Shown here: in pieces, positions 15,919-29,693 of the stretch
Layout: every line of letters starts with the position of its first letter
Position numbering within the stretch: position 1 is the first letter of the stretch
Origin: Tubulanus polymorphus
Lineage: Eukaryota; Animalia; Nemertea
Assembly (NCBI RefSeq): GCF_964204645.1
Contig: NC_134025.1
Span: 22,486,299 to 22,550,298, forward strand
Reading direction: 5' to 3'
Length of the DNA: 64,000 nt
Notes under the pieces: generated by a model
Database searches by the model: none
Told to the model about the DNA's origin: nothing
The model's input: only the letters and a program-made list of their open reading frames with translations
Position numbers and translations under genes: made by a program

Positions 15919-16077
15919 CCGTAAAACTCGTTTTATTCGGATTTTCACTTATTTCGGACTAAAATTCCAATCCCTCTAGGATATTTCTATTCAATTGAGA
16001 GCACATAATTCGGATTTCGTTTAATTTGGACAAAATTTTCCAGTCCCAGGTGATCCGAATTAAGTGAGTTTTGCTGG
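15919..16077. mobile_element. Degenerate Tc1/mariner-pogo-type MITE related to 18242-18399
   Basis: Shares atccgaattaag.g.gtt and aactc...tattcggat terminal motifs with the 18.2-kb element. Ends are approximate. Confidence 0.5.
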
Positions 16078-18241
16078 AATGCATTTTAAGCATACACATT
16101 TAATCCTGTGTGTTTTTAGTTAATGTGTAAGTATTTGAAAAAAACGGTTGAATTTTAAAATGCAATGTCTATGTTTCATATGTTGTGTTATTTTAAAAAA
16201 ACATGGAACTAACTCACTACATGAACCGGAAGCAAAATTCCCAATAATGCATTCGATCTAAACAAAAAATTCTGTAAATTTGACCGTCGATTACACGACT
16301 ATATCTGTACTTCGATTTCTGATTTCAAAATCAAACCCCCTGTTTTGCTCCCGGCGGGTGTGTTGGGTTTGTAAGGGACGCCAGATCTAATCAATTCATA
16401 TCAAATCAAATCTACCAAGGAAATAAATAAGAGGGACAATTCCCTATTTCAAGATCAAAACAGCACTTAACAGGGCCAATCTGTAAATCTTTCCAAAAGT
16501 AAGCACTTCCGAATTTGTCCGACTCGCTACAGACCCTGATTTAAGAATTGAAGCTAGAAATCTCAAGTGGGAATCGTGATGCTCGGATTTTGCTGCCTTC
16601 AGGATCAGAGATAATTTTGCGAATTTCTGGCCAAGAAATACATATCATAACTGACGAGTTGTTTGGTAATAAGTGTACAGAAGAGGGGGATACGTGAGCA
16701 AAAAGACTTGTTACTGAACATTCGTCAGTTCTATATAGTAATATCATTTCGGCGAGCTGCTAAATTACCCGAGAAAAAAGCCGCAGCGGGGAATCGATTT
16801 GAAGGAGAAACCTGTAACTAGCCAATATTCGAAACGCTACTCACATTCCGATATGAGTTGCCTCTTTTCTTCCGTTCGCCAGTATACCCGAGCAACGCAC
16901 ACACTCTCGTAACATTCAAGTTAAATTACCTTTGCGATGCACTCTACGCCTAACGAACTTAGGCAGTAGCTTGCATCGTATTTAATTGAACTGAATTCTT
17001 AATTCACTTGGCAGTCCTTGTTATCAAATTCTCAGAAGAGAAGCAGTGTAGCGCGCCGTCTTGTCAGTGCATCGTCCTCGTCACCAGGCGTTCCGTCCTG
17101 TTAGACAATCATAATTTCTCCATCCTCCGATAGTGTTTACGATGAACGTGCATGCGTATATATGTCCATAACTTCATTTACAGCTTGAATTTCAATTTGA
17201 ACCAAAAGGGAACAACCGGTAACCTCGTTTAGCTCGGACTAACTTGGGCCGTCTAAATCGGTCTGAGGTAATCGAAGTTAGAGTTTAAGATTGGAAAATA
17301 TGTATGGAAGTCAGGAAAATGATTTCATTTTTTTTGTCCGAGTTTATCAAAAGTCCGCAGTGCCCGAATAAGATGTGGTTTTACTATTATTCCATGTTAA
17401 CCCGTACCGGAAAATAGCCAGAGGAGGTATTTTGCTATTTCACAGCTGCCTAAATAGTTTTGAAGCGCTTTTCTCTAAAATCCTTCCTTATTTTCCGGTA
17501 TCGTCTCCATATAACTGCAGTTGGACCCTACCCCTCAGAAATGTGACGCAATTGATTCCTGCAATTATAGATCGTCTTCATATTTGTCCGAGGGTTGGAT
17601 CTAACATGGATACAAAACTGTCCATGGATGAAGTCAGCAGATTGATACAGTAACCCTCTTCTTACTGCGGCAAACTGGCACAGCGGCAATATTGGATCCA
17701 ATGTAAGCTAAGTTCGAGTTGAGGATAGGAAAATACAGAGTCAGAAAAATTATTATGTTTTTTTCCGCTAGTCAAAAAAACTCCATGTCGGCCATTTCCG
17801 AGTAAGACGTGGTTTACTGTTCCTGCATAAATTCCATATATAGCAAAAAAAAGACTAAAACTACGGCTCCAATTTTAATATATAAATGATGTACATTTAT
17901 TAACATAACACTAATCTGTAAAACAATTTTCAATTGCGTTTCACAGCTATTCTTTTTTTTATACACGCGAGATAGATTAATCATCAATATACTTTTTTAC
18001 ATAAAGAATCATAATAATTACAACTTAGCAAACTTTTGCAACTCTTTTTTTTACTTATATTTATATAATATATATCAACACATTTAGACCATGAACGGAG
18101 AAATCATCTCAAAAAATCAAAATTCCTAATCGTTAAACTCTAAGCCCTTTTCTAAGTGAATACTAATTCGATAGCAAACTAAGGATACTGGTCATCATAC
18201 ACCATCATAGTGATTCACCTGGCAAAATCGACGACTTTATA

Positions 18242-18399
18242 CAGTAGAACTCACTTAATTCGGATGACTAGGTACTGTCGAGATTTCGAATTAAGTAAAA
18301 TCCGGAATCTACATAAGTTCCAGGTTAAATGGACCAAATATTTCATCCGAATAGAGTGAAAATCCGGATTGAAATATCCGAATTAAGCGGGTTCTACTG
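18242..18399. mobile_element. Tc1/mariner (pogo/Tigger-like) MITE, 158 bp
   Basis: TIRs CAGTAGAACTCACTTAATTCGGAT / ATCCGAATTAAGCGGGTTCTACTG with TA on both sides. Confidence 0.85.
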
Positions 18400-18448
18400 T
18401 ATTTCGTGTAATATCCTAGGTTTATAAATACACCGTATTCAGTAGTAT

Positions 18449-18586
18449 ACTGTAATTTCTGACCCGGTTATGACCGCATATCCGTTGTTTACTGTAATTT
18501 CTGACCCAGTTCTGACCTAATATCTGTAGTTTACTGTAATTTCTGACCCGGTTATTACCTCATATCCGTAGTTTACCGTAATTTCT
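18449..18586. repeat. 42-bp minisatellite, ~3.3 copies
   Basis: actgtaatttctgaccc.gtt.t.acc..atatc.gt.gttt starts at 18449, 18491, 18533, with a partial copy at 18575. Confidence 0.9.
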
Positions 18587-21303
18587 CGAGAAAGTGAAAA
18601 GATTACACTTGCAGTTGTACTCAAAAATTACACGGAACCTTGTTACAATGAGTCATAGCGAATTTTGACCCAAAAGATGAAAATCTGATTTTGAGTTTAA
18701 CAAAATAATGAAAAGATTCTCTGGCCCCCTGCCGTTGTCGATAGAATACACCCTTCAAAAGAAAAACTAAAAACACTCATTGAATTCTCTGTTTTACATC
18801 ACTATAAACCGTAAAAGAACTTCAATAGATGAATTATTTCCCCAAAAAATTGATCATCGACAACCATATTTTCTTCACAATCATCATAAGCCCACATAAT
18901 CCGAGACCTTTGAAAAATATACTCTGATGTTCTATTGCTAAGCGCTCAATGCAGTAGACCGTGTATAAGCCAATATTAGCCTCGAGCCGATTTGACGTTT
19001 AAAACAAATATTCTACATTCTCAACGCTTCCCGGAGGTACAAAGCTTACGAGCACAATACCGAAAAACCGTATCGCAACAAGCACACACACACACACACA
19101 CACAAAACGCGTTTTCTGAACTCCACCGGATCGTATGCACTATTTTCTTTATTCGCGCGAATGCAAAAACAGTTTGCACGGCATTATCGGACCGACAGGC
19201 CCGGAGGTTCGCGTTCTCTCTCTCCTGTCTCTCTGCTCGAGTTGACATAAATCACCCATCGGCGGGCGATGAATGGGTGCCATAGAATCGGACCGGGCCG
19301 CGCGGACAATGCGTATTTAAGCCAGGTCTTACGGATGATTTCGTAAACCGAAAAGACGACGACGTCGGATTTTCGTATAAGAACCGAAACAAAAAATGAA
19401 AGCAGCTCTGCGCAGACTTGACGTCACGTAAAAACGTAGGCCGTCGCTGCCGCGCGAGTCCCGTCTATAATTATACGAGACAAAGCCCCCCCGAGCCTTG
19501 CCTGGATCTGCAGCTGGCATATTACATGCTTGCTGGTCATGAAAATGTCGTATCCGTTGTTCGAATCCGAATAAGACTTGATTTCACCGATGAGGACGAT
19601 ATCAGGGTTCTTGCAGGGTTCCCAATTTCATTTTCCGTACCAAGATTCTTCACATACCTAAGTTACACATTGCTAACCTAGAACAGGCAATGTAGGCCCA
19701 TTCAAACTAAATAAATGCCAATTGTAAATACCATTGACAAAAAAGTGTTTCCATAAAGTTTCTTATCTATTGTATAGTTAGACATTTAGGCATAAAGCCA
19801 AAATTCAAAATGGAAAAATCAAATTTTGAGTCCATTTTCTGATTTCCATAGCCATCGAGAAAAAAATTTCCGATTTTCAAAAACTTTCCAAAACCCGTAT
19901 GAACCCTGCTACATGATTGAAAAACAACCTCAGTGGCCTAACACGCCCGCCCGCCCGCCCTAACACATGACAATCGACCCTTCAATCGGAGCAATAAATG
20001 AATTCAGTCGCCGCTACCCTTATATAACGCAATCAACAGATATAGTGGACGACCGACGATTAACCGAATCAAAATTATCGTAAAGACCGTAATCCTCCAC
20101 TAGAAACCGAATAGTAGTAGCAGCAATAGTAGCATTGAGAGTGACAAGGACAGCTAGCGATGAATGGCGTATAACTGCACTTAATTAACTGCCGCACGAA
20201 ATTAAACGCGTCAATTGCCTGATTAAGTTTTTTTTTGTCACAGCTCGGTAATCGACGGCCGACCGAGTAGGCGCTGCATATTTCAATGGCGTATATTGTC
20301 CGGCGCGCGTGATATCGATATCAATGATTATCACGCGGTCGCGACTGCGGTCGGTGGCTGCGGCGAAGGTAACCGAGAGGTCACCGGCAGGCAAAAAATG
20401 TGAATACGCAACCGTGAATGAAATCGCGAACGCCGACGCCATTTTGCCATTTCTTAGCTGTCGTTGTTGTTACGGCGTTTGTCCCCACAATCGAACGGGC
20501 CACTTTTACAAACACTACACGACACGACGGCGCGACTTCTATAGCGTTTTGAACAGACGATGTTTTACGAGAACGATATTGAAAAGACATAAAAATCATG
20601 TCTCCATTATGAGATACCATATGCTCTATTCTACATCGAAACCGACTATAAACCCATTGCTCATTTTTCGCGAAGCTGTTACGCTCGAAAAACCGCCTCC
20701 CACATACAATTTCGTTTGAAAAGAACCCATCCATCTTCGCGGGTTGACAAGCCTGATTCAGTGTCCTTCCAATTATTCTGTCGCTACAGAGGTTAGGCTG
20801 TGTCATGCAAATGCTTCGAACGACGACAGTTGTGTGTGTGTTTGTGTGCGAAAAATTTCATCTGAGGAATAGAGAATTTCTCATGGACAGAATATTCAAC
20901 AATCATCCTCACCGAAACGTACACACAAGCATGCATGCTTTGCAGCCGTATACAGAAATGAACGAGGCGATGGAAAATGATTCTTCCTTTTTTAGGTCTC
21001 GAATTTTATAATCCCCTCGTAAAATGGATTTGGCTGAATACAGTAAACCTCGCCTAAAAACTGCGACCGGCAAAATTAGTTTGAGATAAGCAAAGTCCGA
21101 GTTAGAGATAGCAAAGATAAGTGAGGGAATCACAAAAATGATTTCGTTATCGTCGATAGTCTGAGTTGGCCACGATGTCCCAGTAAGGCGAGGTTTACTG
21201 TACAGAAAAATACATCCGATATAAGCATACAGCGATATTTGCGACAATTTTAACAGTCCCTCGCCAACAACTAGCCGGTTAGCTGGTATATATCGAATCG
21301 TAA

Positions 21304-21753
21304 ATTTCGGGTTCAATTTCTGACCAAAGCTGTCTTCAATGTGTGCGGCCAATCACGACGCGAACCACCAGAAACCGAATCGATGACCGTTATCCGCGAA
21401 GAAAGCCGTTCATCATCGGTATAGGGTCCGTCAACGTACAATCAGGGGAAAACGACGAGACATTTCGCCGTCTCCTTCTACCCAACGACAAAGTGGATGA
21501 ATCGCGCGCGGCTAAGGATGCCAATTACGCCTGGCAGAATCGTGAAATTATGCAAACACTTTCGTCGATCGGAGATATGAAATCATATTGCCGCGTTCAC
21601 CGACGGCAAATCGTATCGGCGATAGATCGAATACGACAACAGCCTGACATGTTCGATAAGCTTCCGGGCTCGAGACGACGATATCGGAACGGAACGTCAC
21701 AGTTGACGGAATTCCGTAACCAACTACGAAACCCGTGCCTTCGACTGAGTTGA
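21304..21753 (+). other. Possible coding exon of unknown protein (150-codon open frame)
   Basis: CpG-rich stop-free frame. No recognisable family and no ATG until 21550. Confidence 0.25.
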
Positions 21754-23650
21754 AAATTTCGTCGTTCCTCTCCGGAGCGGGATCTACAACACGGACAATA
21801 TATAGCCAACAGTTCCAGTCTGAACCCATTTTGGGTTCTGTCCTGATATCTAAGACAATCATTGGACCGAGTCGTCAAAACTGTGCAATTTAGCCCTTAG
21901 TCCTTAACAGGATTCCTACAGGACCACAATCTTCAAATTTGAGGGTTAAACGAACAACCTAGACAATATAAAATGCCAAAGCAATTAACACATTAAGACA
22001 CAACCAATTCACTCACTGGTACTGCATGATGGAGAAAGAAACTTTAAAGTTAATTTCAAGATTTTTTGAGGCACATTTTCAGAATTGAGGGGCATTTGAG
22101 ATGTCAATGGCTAAAGCTCAGAATTATTGTACATTGTACCATCAAAATTGAATTTGAGGGTTTTTTAAGGGATTTGAGGGGCTGTATTCAATATAAATCG
22201 AATGGAAGTACAGAATTCTGCACTCAATGCAAGATTGTATTTAAGCCAGTTGGTGATATAGGCTATACATGGATTTACTAAACCCCACAGTTGAGTCAGT
22301 CAATGCGGAATATACAGCTGAGGCCAGGAATTTTCATTGCCGGATGACGTCGTCCTCAACTGCGCCGCGGCTGAGGCTGGGAGTAGCTGGGAGTTCGCGT
22401 GAGTGAGGAAAGCACATACACAGGAGAAGAGTATGATTCACGCAGCCCCCACACCATCCATCACAACCGCAATTTACCAACAGACCTGTCACCATTATTG
22501 AGTATACTCTTTCTCTCTGGCGGTCTACACACCCCCAAAGCTACATCAAAAACTATACAGCAGCGGCATCAAAAACACCCAAGGTTTAGAACATATCATT
22601 ACAACCGATTCGATATAAATCAGGAGTCTGGTTTTCATAGAGTGAAGGCTATGCGTTTGGAAGCATCCCTGATATTGGTATCAAGTTTGAATGTTCCTTG
22701 AAAAATGACCCAGATTCTATGCTGCGGGGTTACCGTCCATGGTTGAACTAAAATCAGACAGTTCATGGTTGTTATGATTAGGCTATGTGAAAAAGAGATT
22801 ACAGCCCAGCAGGGTTTCATGAATAAGCCAACCAAATCTCAAACAAATTCTAGTCGAACTTTTTCGAGAAAACAAGCAATGGGGAGTCAAATTATCATCT
22901 ATTACCCAATCTACGAATACAGACCCTGACGAGTTTTTGCTAAGCCGATAATTAAATACATAAATCAAAAAATAACTTCTCAATATTGTGACCTGATAAT
23001 TTTTTTACACACGATAATACGCGCAAATAATTTCATTACAAACACCTGACCTGATGATACTAAACAAAATTGACTTTCGACTTTTTCAATTCTTACATCA
23101 GCAATACTGTGCATATCCAGCAGATAATGACGCCTGAAATGTTTCATTACTCCATTCTACATTACTTCTTTCAAAAATACTTTATAAATCGTTTCTACGA
23201 ATACCACAATTGTTTTAACCACGAGACGAACTGGAGTAAAAATCATTTTCGACGAAATTCAAATTTCTGTTCACCGCGACGAAACAACGCAACAACGCTA
23301 GGAATAAATTGTAAGTCGGAATTTTTTTACCCAGGTCCCGGGAACGCGCATGTCAACGAGGCTTTATTTATGATGTACTATCATCGCTCGATTTTTCTCC
23401 GTATACAATGGGAAATTCTCCCGTGCGATCTTCGCGCGTAATAAATCGAGAAAATATGCTAATATCACGAGAAACTGCGCAACAATATCTTTCATTCGGA
23501 TTTGTACAAATCGACAATAGGATCTCAAACCATCTGCACACGCCGCATGAAGAAGTAAGACACTGTAGTCCAGACAGTACTATGTGTTAGTCTGCCTTGC
23601 ACTCATAGATATTTGAATCTTTCTGGCCAGAAATGTAACAGAACAAAACG

Positions 23651-23653
<3 letters not shown>

Positions 23654-23714
<61 letters not shown>
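23654..23714. repeat. (TA)n microsatellite
   Basis: Directly visible. Other (TA)n tracts at ~24961-24995, 37577-37607, 49590-49619, 51169-51188 and 51220-51243. Confidence 0.97.
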
Positions 23715-23718
<4 letters not shown>

Positions 23719-24958
23719 TAATGTACACACTGTCTGGCCACGAGCAAGAAAATGCAGCTAGTCTCACAAAAAACCATTTTGTTAAATGCAACTTGAAAAC
23801 TGACAATAACACTGACCAAAAATCATACCCGAACGAAACTAAACCTGGACATATAACAATCAACTGACAATATGAACTGATATTTCATCGATGACCAACT
23901 GATCTCCTGCATGATCATCAATTACTGGTCACAATTTGCTATATATTTCGTTAAAATAGAAAATGATTACGATATCTAAACTCTGGCGTCGTACAAAAAT
24001 CACGTAAACTCAGACACCGAAGCTTTTTCTCATGTGTTTTAAGCCATTTTGTATGCGATTAACCGTTTTGAGTAGACTGCGTAAAAAATGTTACATGAAT
24101 TTTGGACCGATGATTTGGCCCCATACTGAACTGCATAGCAAGAGAAGTTTTGTATTTTCAATTTTTTGGTGAGGGGGCCGCCGCCAGGGGTCGGTTGTTT
24201 ATAAGAAAGTTGAAATTCGAAAAAAGAGTAACAATCGACGAAGCTGTCATTAGTAATAATAACTTAATGAAAACGACTTAGGAAATATTTATGATAAGTT
24301 CAAATCAATGATGCACGCGCGCTGACTCAAGGATATTATATCATATCTTCTAGGAATTTATTGATCAGGGATACCCCACGCGTCGACGATATAGACCTTA
24401 AATGAGATTAGAGTGCGTTGAGATAGATGATACAGCCTTAGACACGGGGCTCATATCATTCATCGCCATTACTATCAAGTCCGGCTGCATTGAGATTTTT
24501 TCGAATCTAATTAAGATCTAGGCATTCCATTTCACTAGAAGTCACAATCACACAAGTGATTGTTTTTTACCATTTGCACGGGTGCCAAATGGGCCAAAAA
24601 ATATCAGACCAAATTTTGGCGCGTGTCGAATTATTGCTTGTGAATTGCAACTGGTTCAAGAAATGTCTCACTTCGCTTTTTTAAAGCGTTGTTTAGCATC
24701 GAGTGAGTGGTTAATGTGTGATACGACTTGGGCCAAATCTGAACCAATCTGGCCAAATTGTTGTCATGTGATTGCAGCTCTTAAGTTTTTGTTTTCAATA
24801 TTACATGTTTCTTTTACGATAATAACTGGAACTTAATTTTTTGAAAAACAATAGTTTAGGGTATCGATTTATCACTCAAAATTCAAACATTTTAATTGAA
24901 TCATAATCGGCCGCGGCAGCCCCGAAATAAAATACTCGGGTCCCAAAGTTTCGTACGC

Positions 24959-24997
<39 letters not shown>

Positions 24998-27543
24998 GCG
25001 GATGTCATTTCCGACGGAAACGCGAGACTTTTAACATAATTTTTTTCCCTAAATTAAAGAGCATCTCAAAACGCGATGACTCACACACACACACATTCAA
25101 TTGTTATTAATGATAACAGCAGCGGGGCACCGGCGAATATATCCTGCAGTCGGAGTCAGTCTTGCGGCGGCGGCTCCGCGCGCATCATCGCGAATTCTCG
25201 TGATGTCACCGCTATAAAGCTATACGCCGTATACGAGACAGAGGGATCAGCCTCGCTGGCGGCACAGGCTACATGCATCATAATTTTTCGTTGCCATGGT
25301 TGCCGAAGAAATATCTACTTCAACTACACGACACAACGGGAATAATTAAACACGCGCGGGCGCCGGGTCTTCGTTTTACAGCAGGAGAACGCTACGAGAC
25401 GAATACGACTTTTAACGAAACGCGAGGTCCATGAGAGTAAAAGTAAAAACTCTTAAATCATAATAATAATAGTAATAATAACTTTTATCAGTAAAAAGCC
25501 CTAGCAGCGATTGCGTTAAGATGGCGCGGTACAATGACACTCCTTCTTAAGTAAATCTCCAAGAATCTATGAGGTATTATTATCATTCAGAAAATAAGAG
25601 ATTATATCGTTTTTAAGTTGGGAAGCCATTCTGATTGTAAGTAGAAAACGCGCTAGAGCGTCGAGCACCCATATCATTTGAAATTCCTTTTTTTTTAACG
25701 CGGTACAAAAATAAAATCGACAAAATAATCGCGAGATTCGAACTCATTGATTATGCATTCGTTCAGAAGAGTAGTAGTCGTATAGTAGAGATTGGAAGAG
25801 TGATTTTCAGTTCTCGCGCGTCAGGCCGCGGCGCGATATATTTATACAGCCGACTACGGCGAATAATCATAATAATAATTGATCTCATAATCGTTCCGTT
25901 CAATTAGGATCAATTATCAGCAGCAGTACGAGGCGATGGCATCTTGGTCATTCGCGTTTCTTAGCCATCTCGACCGATAAATACGAAATAAACGCCGTAT
26001 TAGTCGTATGCGCGGTAAACCTCGGGTTTACCTTACAAAGCAGTGGAGATAATTACTGTTCGTCGCTTTCGGAATACGTCCGCCCATTCGTCGGACTTTC
26101 AGAGTGACAACGCGGCCAATTAGGAAATAAATCTAAGGAAGGATATAAGTTTTCATTGGCGACTAAATTTCCGTTTCATCACACGCGCGCTGTACATATT
26201 TTTTCTTTTAAATCATTAACTCTAGAATATATATATATTTATATACACATGTAAGAATTATCATTTTAGCCATTATAGCAGCAGTTAATTTCTTTTTTTG
26301 GGGGGGAGGGGGGAGGGGATAGGTTAAAACACGAACAAGTATACATGGTCTCATATTTCTATACACGCACACATACACACGCACATACATCCACATACGT
26401 ACATACAGATTTATGACTTAAGTGGCGATATAAAAAAAAAATCACTTTCAGTCGCCACGAATTAAATTATCGTATATACATTTTATACAAGAGACAAATT
26501 TTCTATTATTTATCTATTTACCTAATCTGATCATTTCTTCGTGTTTTTTATGTATCTATATATAAATATATGCACCTAATATTGTTTTATCTAATAATTT
26601 CGCGGGTTTCTGCGAATTATAAGAACGATTTAGGAACGACTTAGTTTCTACTACGATGTAATATTGTCCTTACTGATAAAACGACGTTTTTTCAGCTTTC
26701 CGTAGAAGAAACTAATTCGAAATTGAGACTTCCGCGCGAAATCGGAATCGGCACGACGGATGATTTTTCCTCTGTAAACGTCGCGTATCCTTTCCAATTA
26801 AAAAATGTTCAGCAAATATTGATGTATATATCCATGGTTTGTGCTTACGGTGGTGGTCGTGGTGGTGAAGTTGGTGGTCTGGCAGCAGTAGTCCGCGCTT
26901 CGTTAATGGAAGTAGTAATTAGTTCGTTTTTTTTTCCTCGGAAAACATTTAGAAAACTTATCCTCACGAGTCCCGGTTAATCCATAATTCGTCGACGCGA
27001 GTGACATTCTAGTAGATCGACCACTGCTGAATTTTGGACGTCTATTTTATTTTTCTCACAGTTCGGATCGGATGCAGATAGAAGAAGCACTCGTCAGAAT
27101 CTGAAAAAACGTTTACAATATAGTTAGCCGAGTAAAAATCAACAGCACCAGTCAATTTGAAATGCGGGCAGTTGGAATAAGTGGATTTTTCTTTTAGTCA
27201 CATAGGCTTTTTGATGATGGATATTAAGTGGAGCAGACCAAACATCAGATGTCACCACTGAAATCTCAAGACGTTTAAGTTCACTTTCAATTAATTTTGA
27301 TCTACATTTCAGCGAGTTAACAAAAATTGCTCATTTCATCTCAACTAACTGGGATGTGGCATGATCATTGATTTTGGGCGTTTGATAGCTATGCTTACAT
27401 TAGCACACCTGATGGATCCTCACTTGCCAAAGCAGGCAAATCAAGGATTCAAAAGACAAATGCATCATAGTTTCTAGCATGGCAACAACCTTGCGAGGAT
27501 AGCCTGACATTTTCAGCGACTAAAATCTAATTTTCTTAACACA

Positions 27544-27798
27544 CAGTGGCCACTTTCCGCCTGTTTACAAAATCCTAGAGTTTTCCCTGATTTTTCCATG
27601 TGATCACACCCTGAGTGAATCAAGAGAAATTTCTAGATTCAAAATGTTAAAATTCCCTTTTCTTAAATCACGTACTGATAAAGAAACACGTGGTCAATAA
27701 CATGATTTGAATTTGGACTTCTCCAGGTTTTTAGTAGAATTTGTCAAATTCCCTGAGTTTTCTGATTCCCCTAGTTTTCCAGGTCAGTGACCACCCTG
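27544..27798. mobile_element. hAT-like MITE, CAGGGTGGCCAC family (copy 1 of 4)
   Basis: Ends cagtggccactttcc / caggtcagtgaccaccctg with internal ttccctga repeats. Homologous copies at ~44262, ~53840 and ~56972. No clear TSD. Confidence 0.7.
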
Positions 27799-29579
27799 TT
27801 ACAATTATCGTGGGACAAAATTCCAATTTCTACGAATTTGGGAAGAGCATTTGCCAAATAGTTGTATTATTACAACAACTATTATTATTATTATTATTTC
27901 ATACAGTTCATTTTCTGCTTGGCTAGTGGTAGCATTATCGGGTATACATTTCTTTTTCTCCTCCCAGCAAAGTGACTGCGATGAATAGCTTTTCTCAACA
28001 CACAAGAAAACAAAACATGTCACCCTTATAAAGAGCAACCACTAAGGGATTAATGCGGCATTGTGTGGCCCTTGGTTAATGTATAAATACCGGCCCTGCC
28101 GAAACTGATCCGGCCACTGAGTTCGAGCATTCAAACAGTAATCATGCCTCATAGAAACGCGTTTCAATGATCGGCCTATACCTCTGAGCTTCTCCAAACA
28201 ATGCATGAAAGCCGCGACTTAAAAGCATTTATAATCATGTTTATCCAGTAGATCAGTGCTGTACGGTGAACTGAGCAACTATGCCCGTAGTTGAATAGGC
28301 GTTTTATCCTCAGCGAGAATGAAATTCCTCGCAGGCGTATTTTTATTCACTCCCTTCTTCCCGAGAAAGAGAGAGAATGGAACGTTGAACTGAATACTGG
28401 CCGAGTCTTTTTACTAAGTATAAAACCCCGCGGGGAGAGTTTCGAAGCTCAGTCTAGAAGAAACTCGGGGCGAATTTCTATCTCTCGAAAAAAAGTTAAG
28501 CCATATTTCTAACAGTTTTTACAACAATTACTGAACAAAAACCATGATGCGGGGAAACACAGATATATGTTTGATCTAAAAAAAAAAACATTGTTTCCCG
28601 AATCACTTCTCATAAACCAACAAGACACAGGGAAATGTTCGGAAACATGATTCTGTCTCCTGTTTCCCTGCACCTATATCATGGGTTTCAGTCACAGTTC
28701 ACAGTCAAGTTATATTTTTATAATATATATTTTATAATATAATAGCGATAACTATCATAAAATTCTTTACAAAAAGCTTCAAATTTTTCCAATATCTACC
28801 GAACCCTACACTTGCAATTTATCGAATATCTATAGGTCTATATGCAGCCCTGTTATGTACCAACCGAAAGTAATACAAAAAAAAACCCTTCTCCGCATAG
28901 GGTGAAATAACCCGTCGAAATAACTGTCGCATTTAACGGAAACACTGACACCCGTCTGAATGCGCACAATGCAAACATAATTATATTCAAAGATTCACAT
29001 ATTTCCTGAACCAGTAGTAGTATTGATAGCAGTCAAGAAGACTTGTCGTATATGCACGCCATGGGAAATGACGAAACAGACGTATGGATCGGCGTACGGC
29101 TCTCATTGAGAAAACGCTTACATTTCAATGAAGGTTACCTATCAGCGGGCAATTGGACGAGATAGCCTTTTATCTAAAAAATAAACCTTGCCTACCATAT
29201 TCAGATCAGAATGAATCGAATTACCGCTGTAAAATGATTTGCTTTAACGCCGTACAATGATAATTTGATCATTTAAAAATAATTCGCAAGTGCAGCAGCT
29301 CACACTAGACCAACTCTGGTCTTCTAGAAGTTGGTCTAGTGTGAGCTGAAACGGATCCACATGCGAGCACAAGCAGCACGTGCTCCTGTCGCAATTTTCG
29401 CGTACCCTTTCGAAAATACAATGGTTATATATTTTTCAGGGCACTTTTACCACCCGCAACTAATAAGACAGCAGTATGCGGTGTAAGATCCGGCTAATGT
29501 TATCTTATATGTCCCTCAAGTGCCTAGAAATCGTATGAAAATGCACTGAAATTTCAAAATTTTCCACTTGGCTGCACGG

Positions 29580-29693
<114 letters not shown>

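Noticed and set aside
18449-18586. 42-bp repeats as a CRISPR array
   Set aside because: The units are contiguous with no unique spacers; this is a minisatellite.
26849-27007. Coding first exon MSLASTNYG... spliced to 21783
   Set aside because: With the 9-nt homopolymer as given, the frame stops (..NYYFH*) before the donor. It would work only with a 1-nt homopolymer error.
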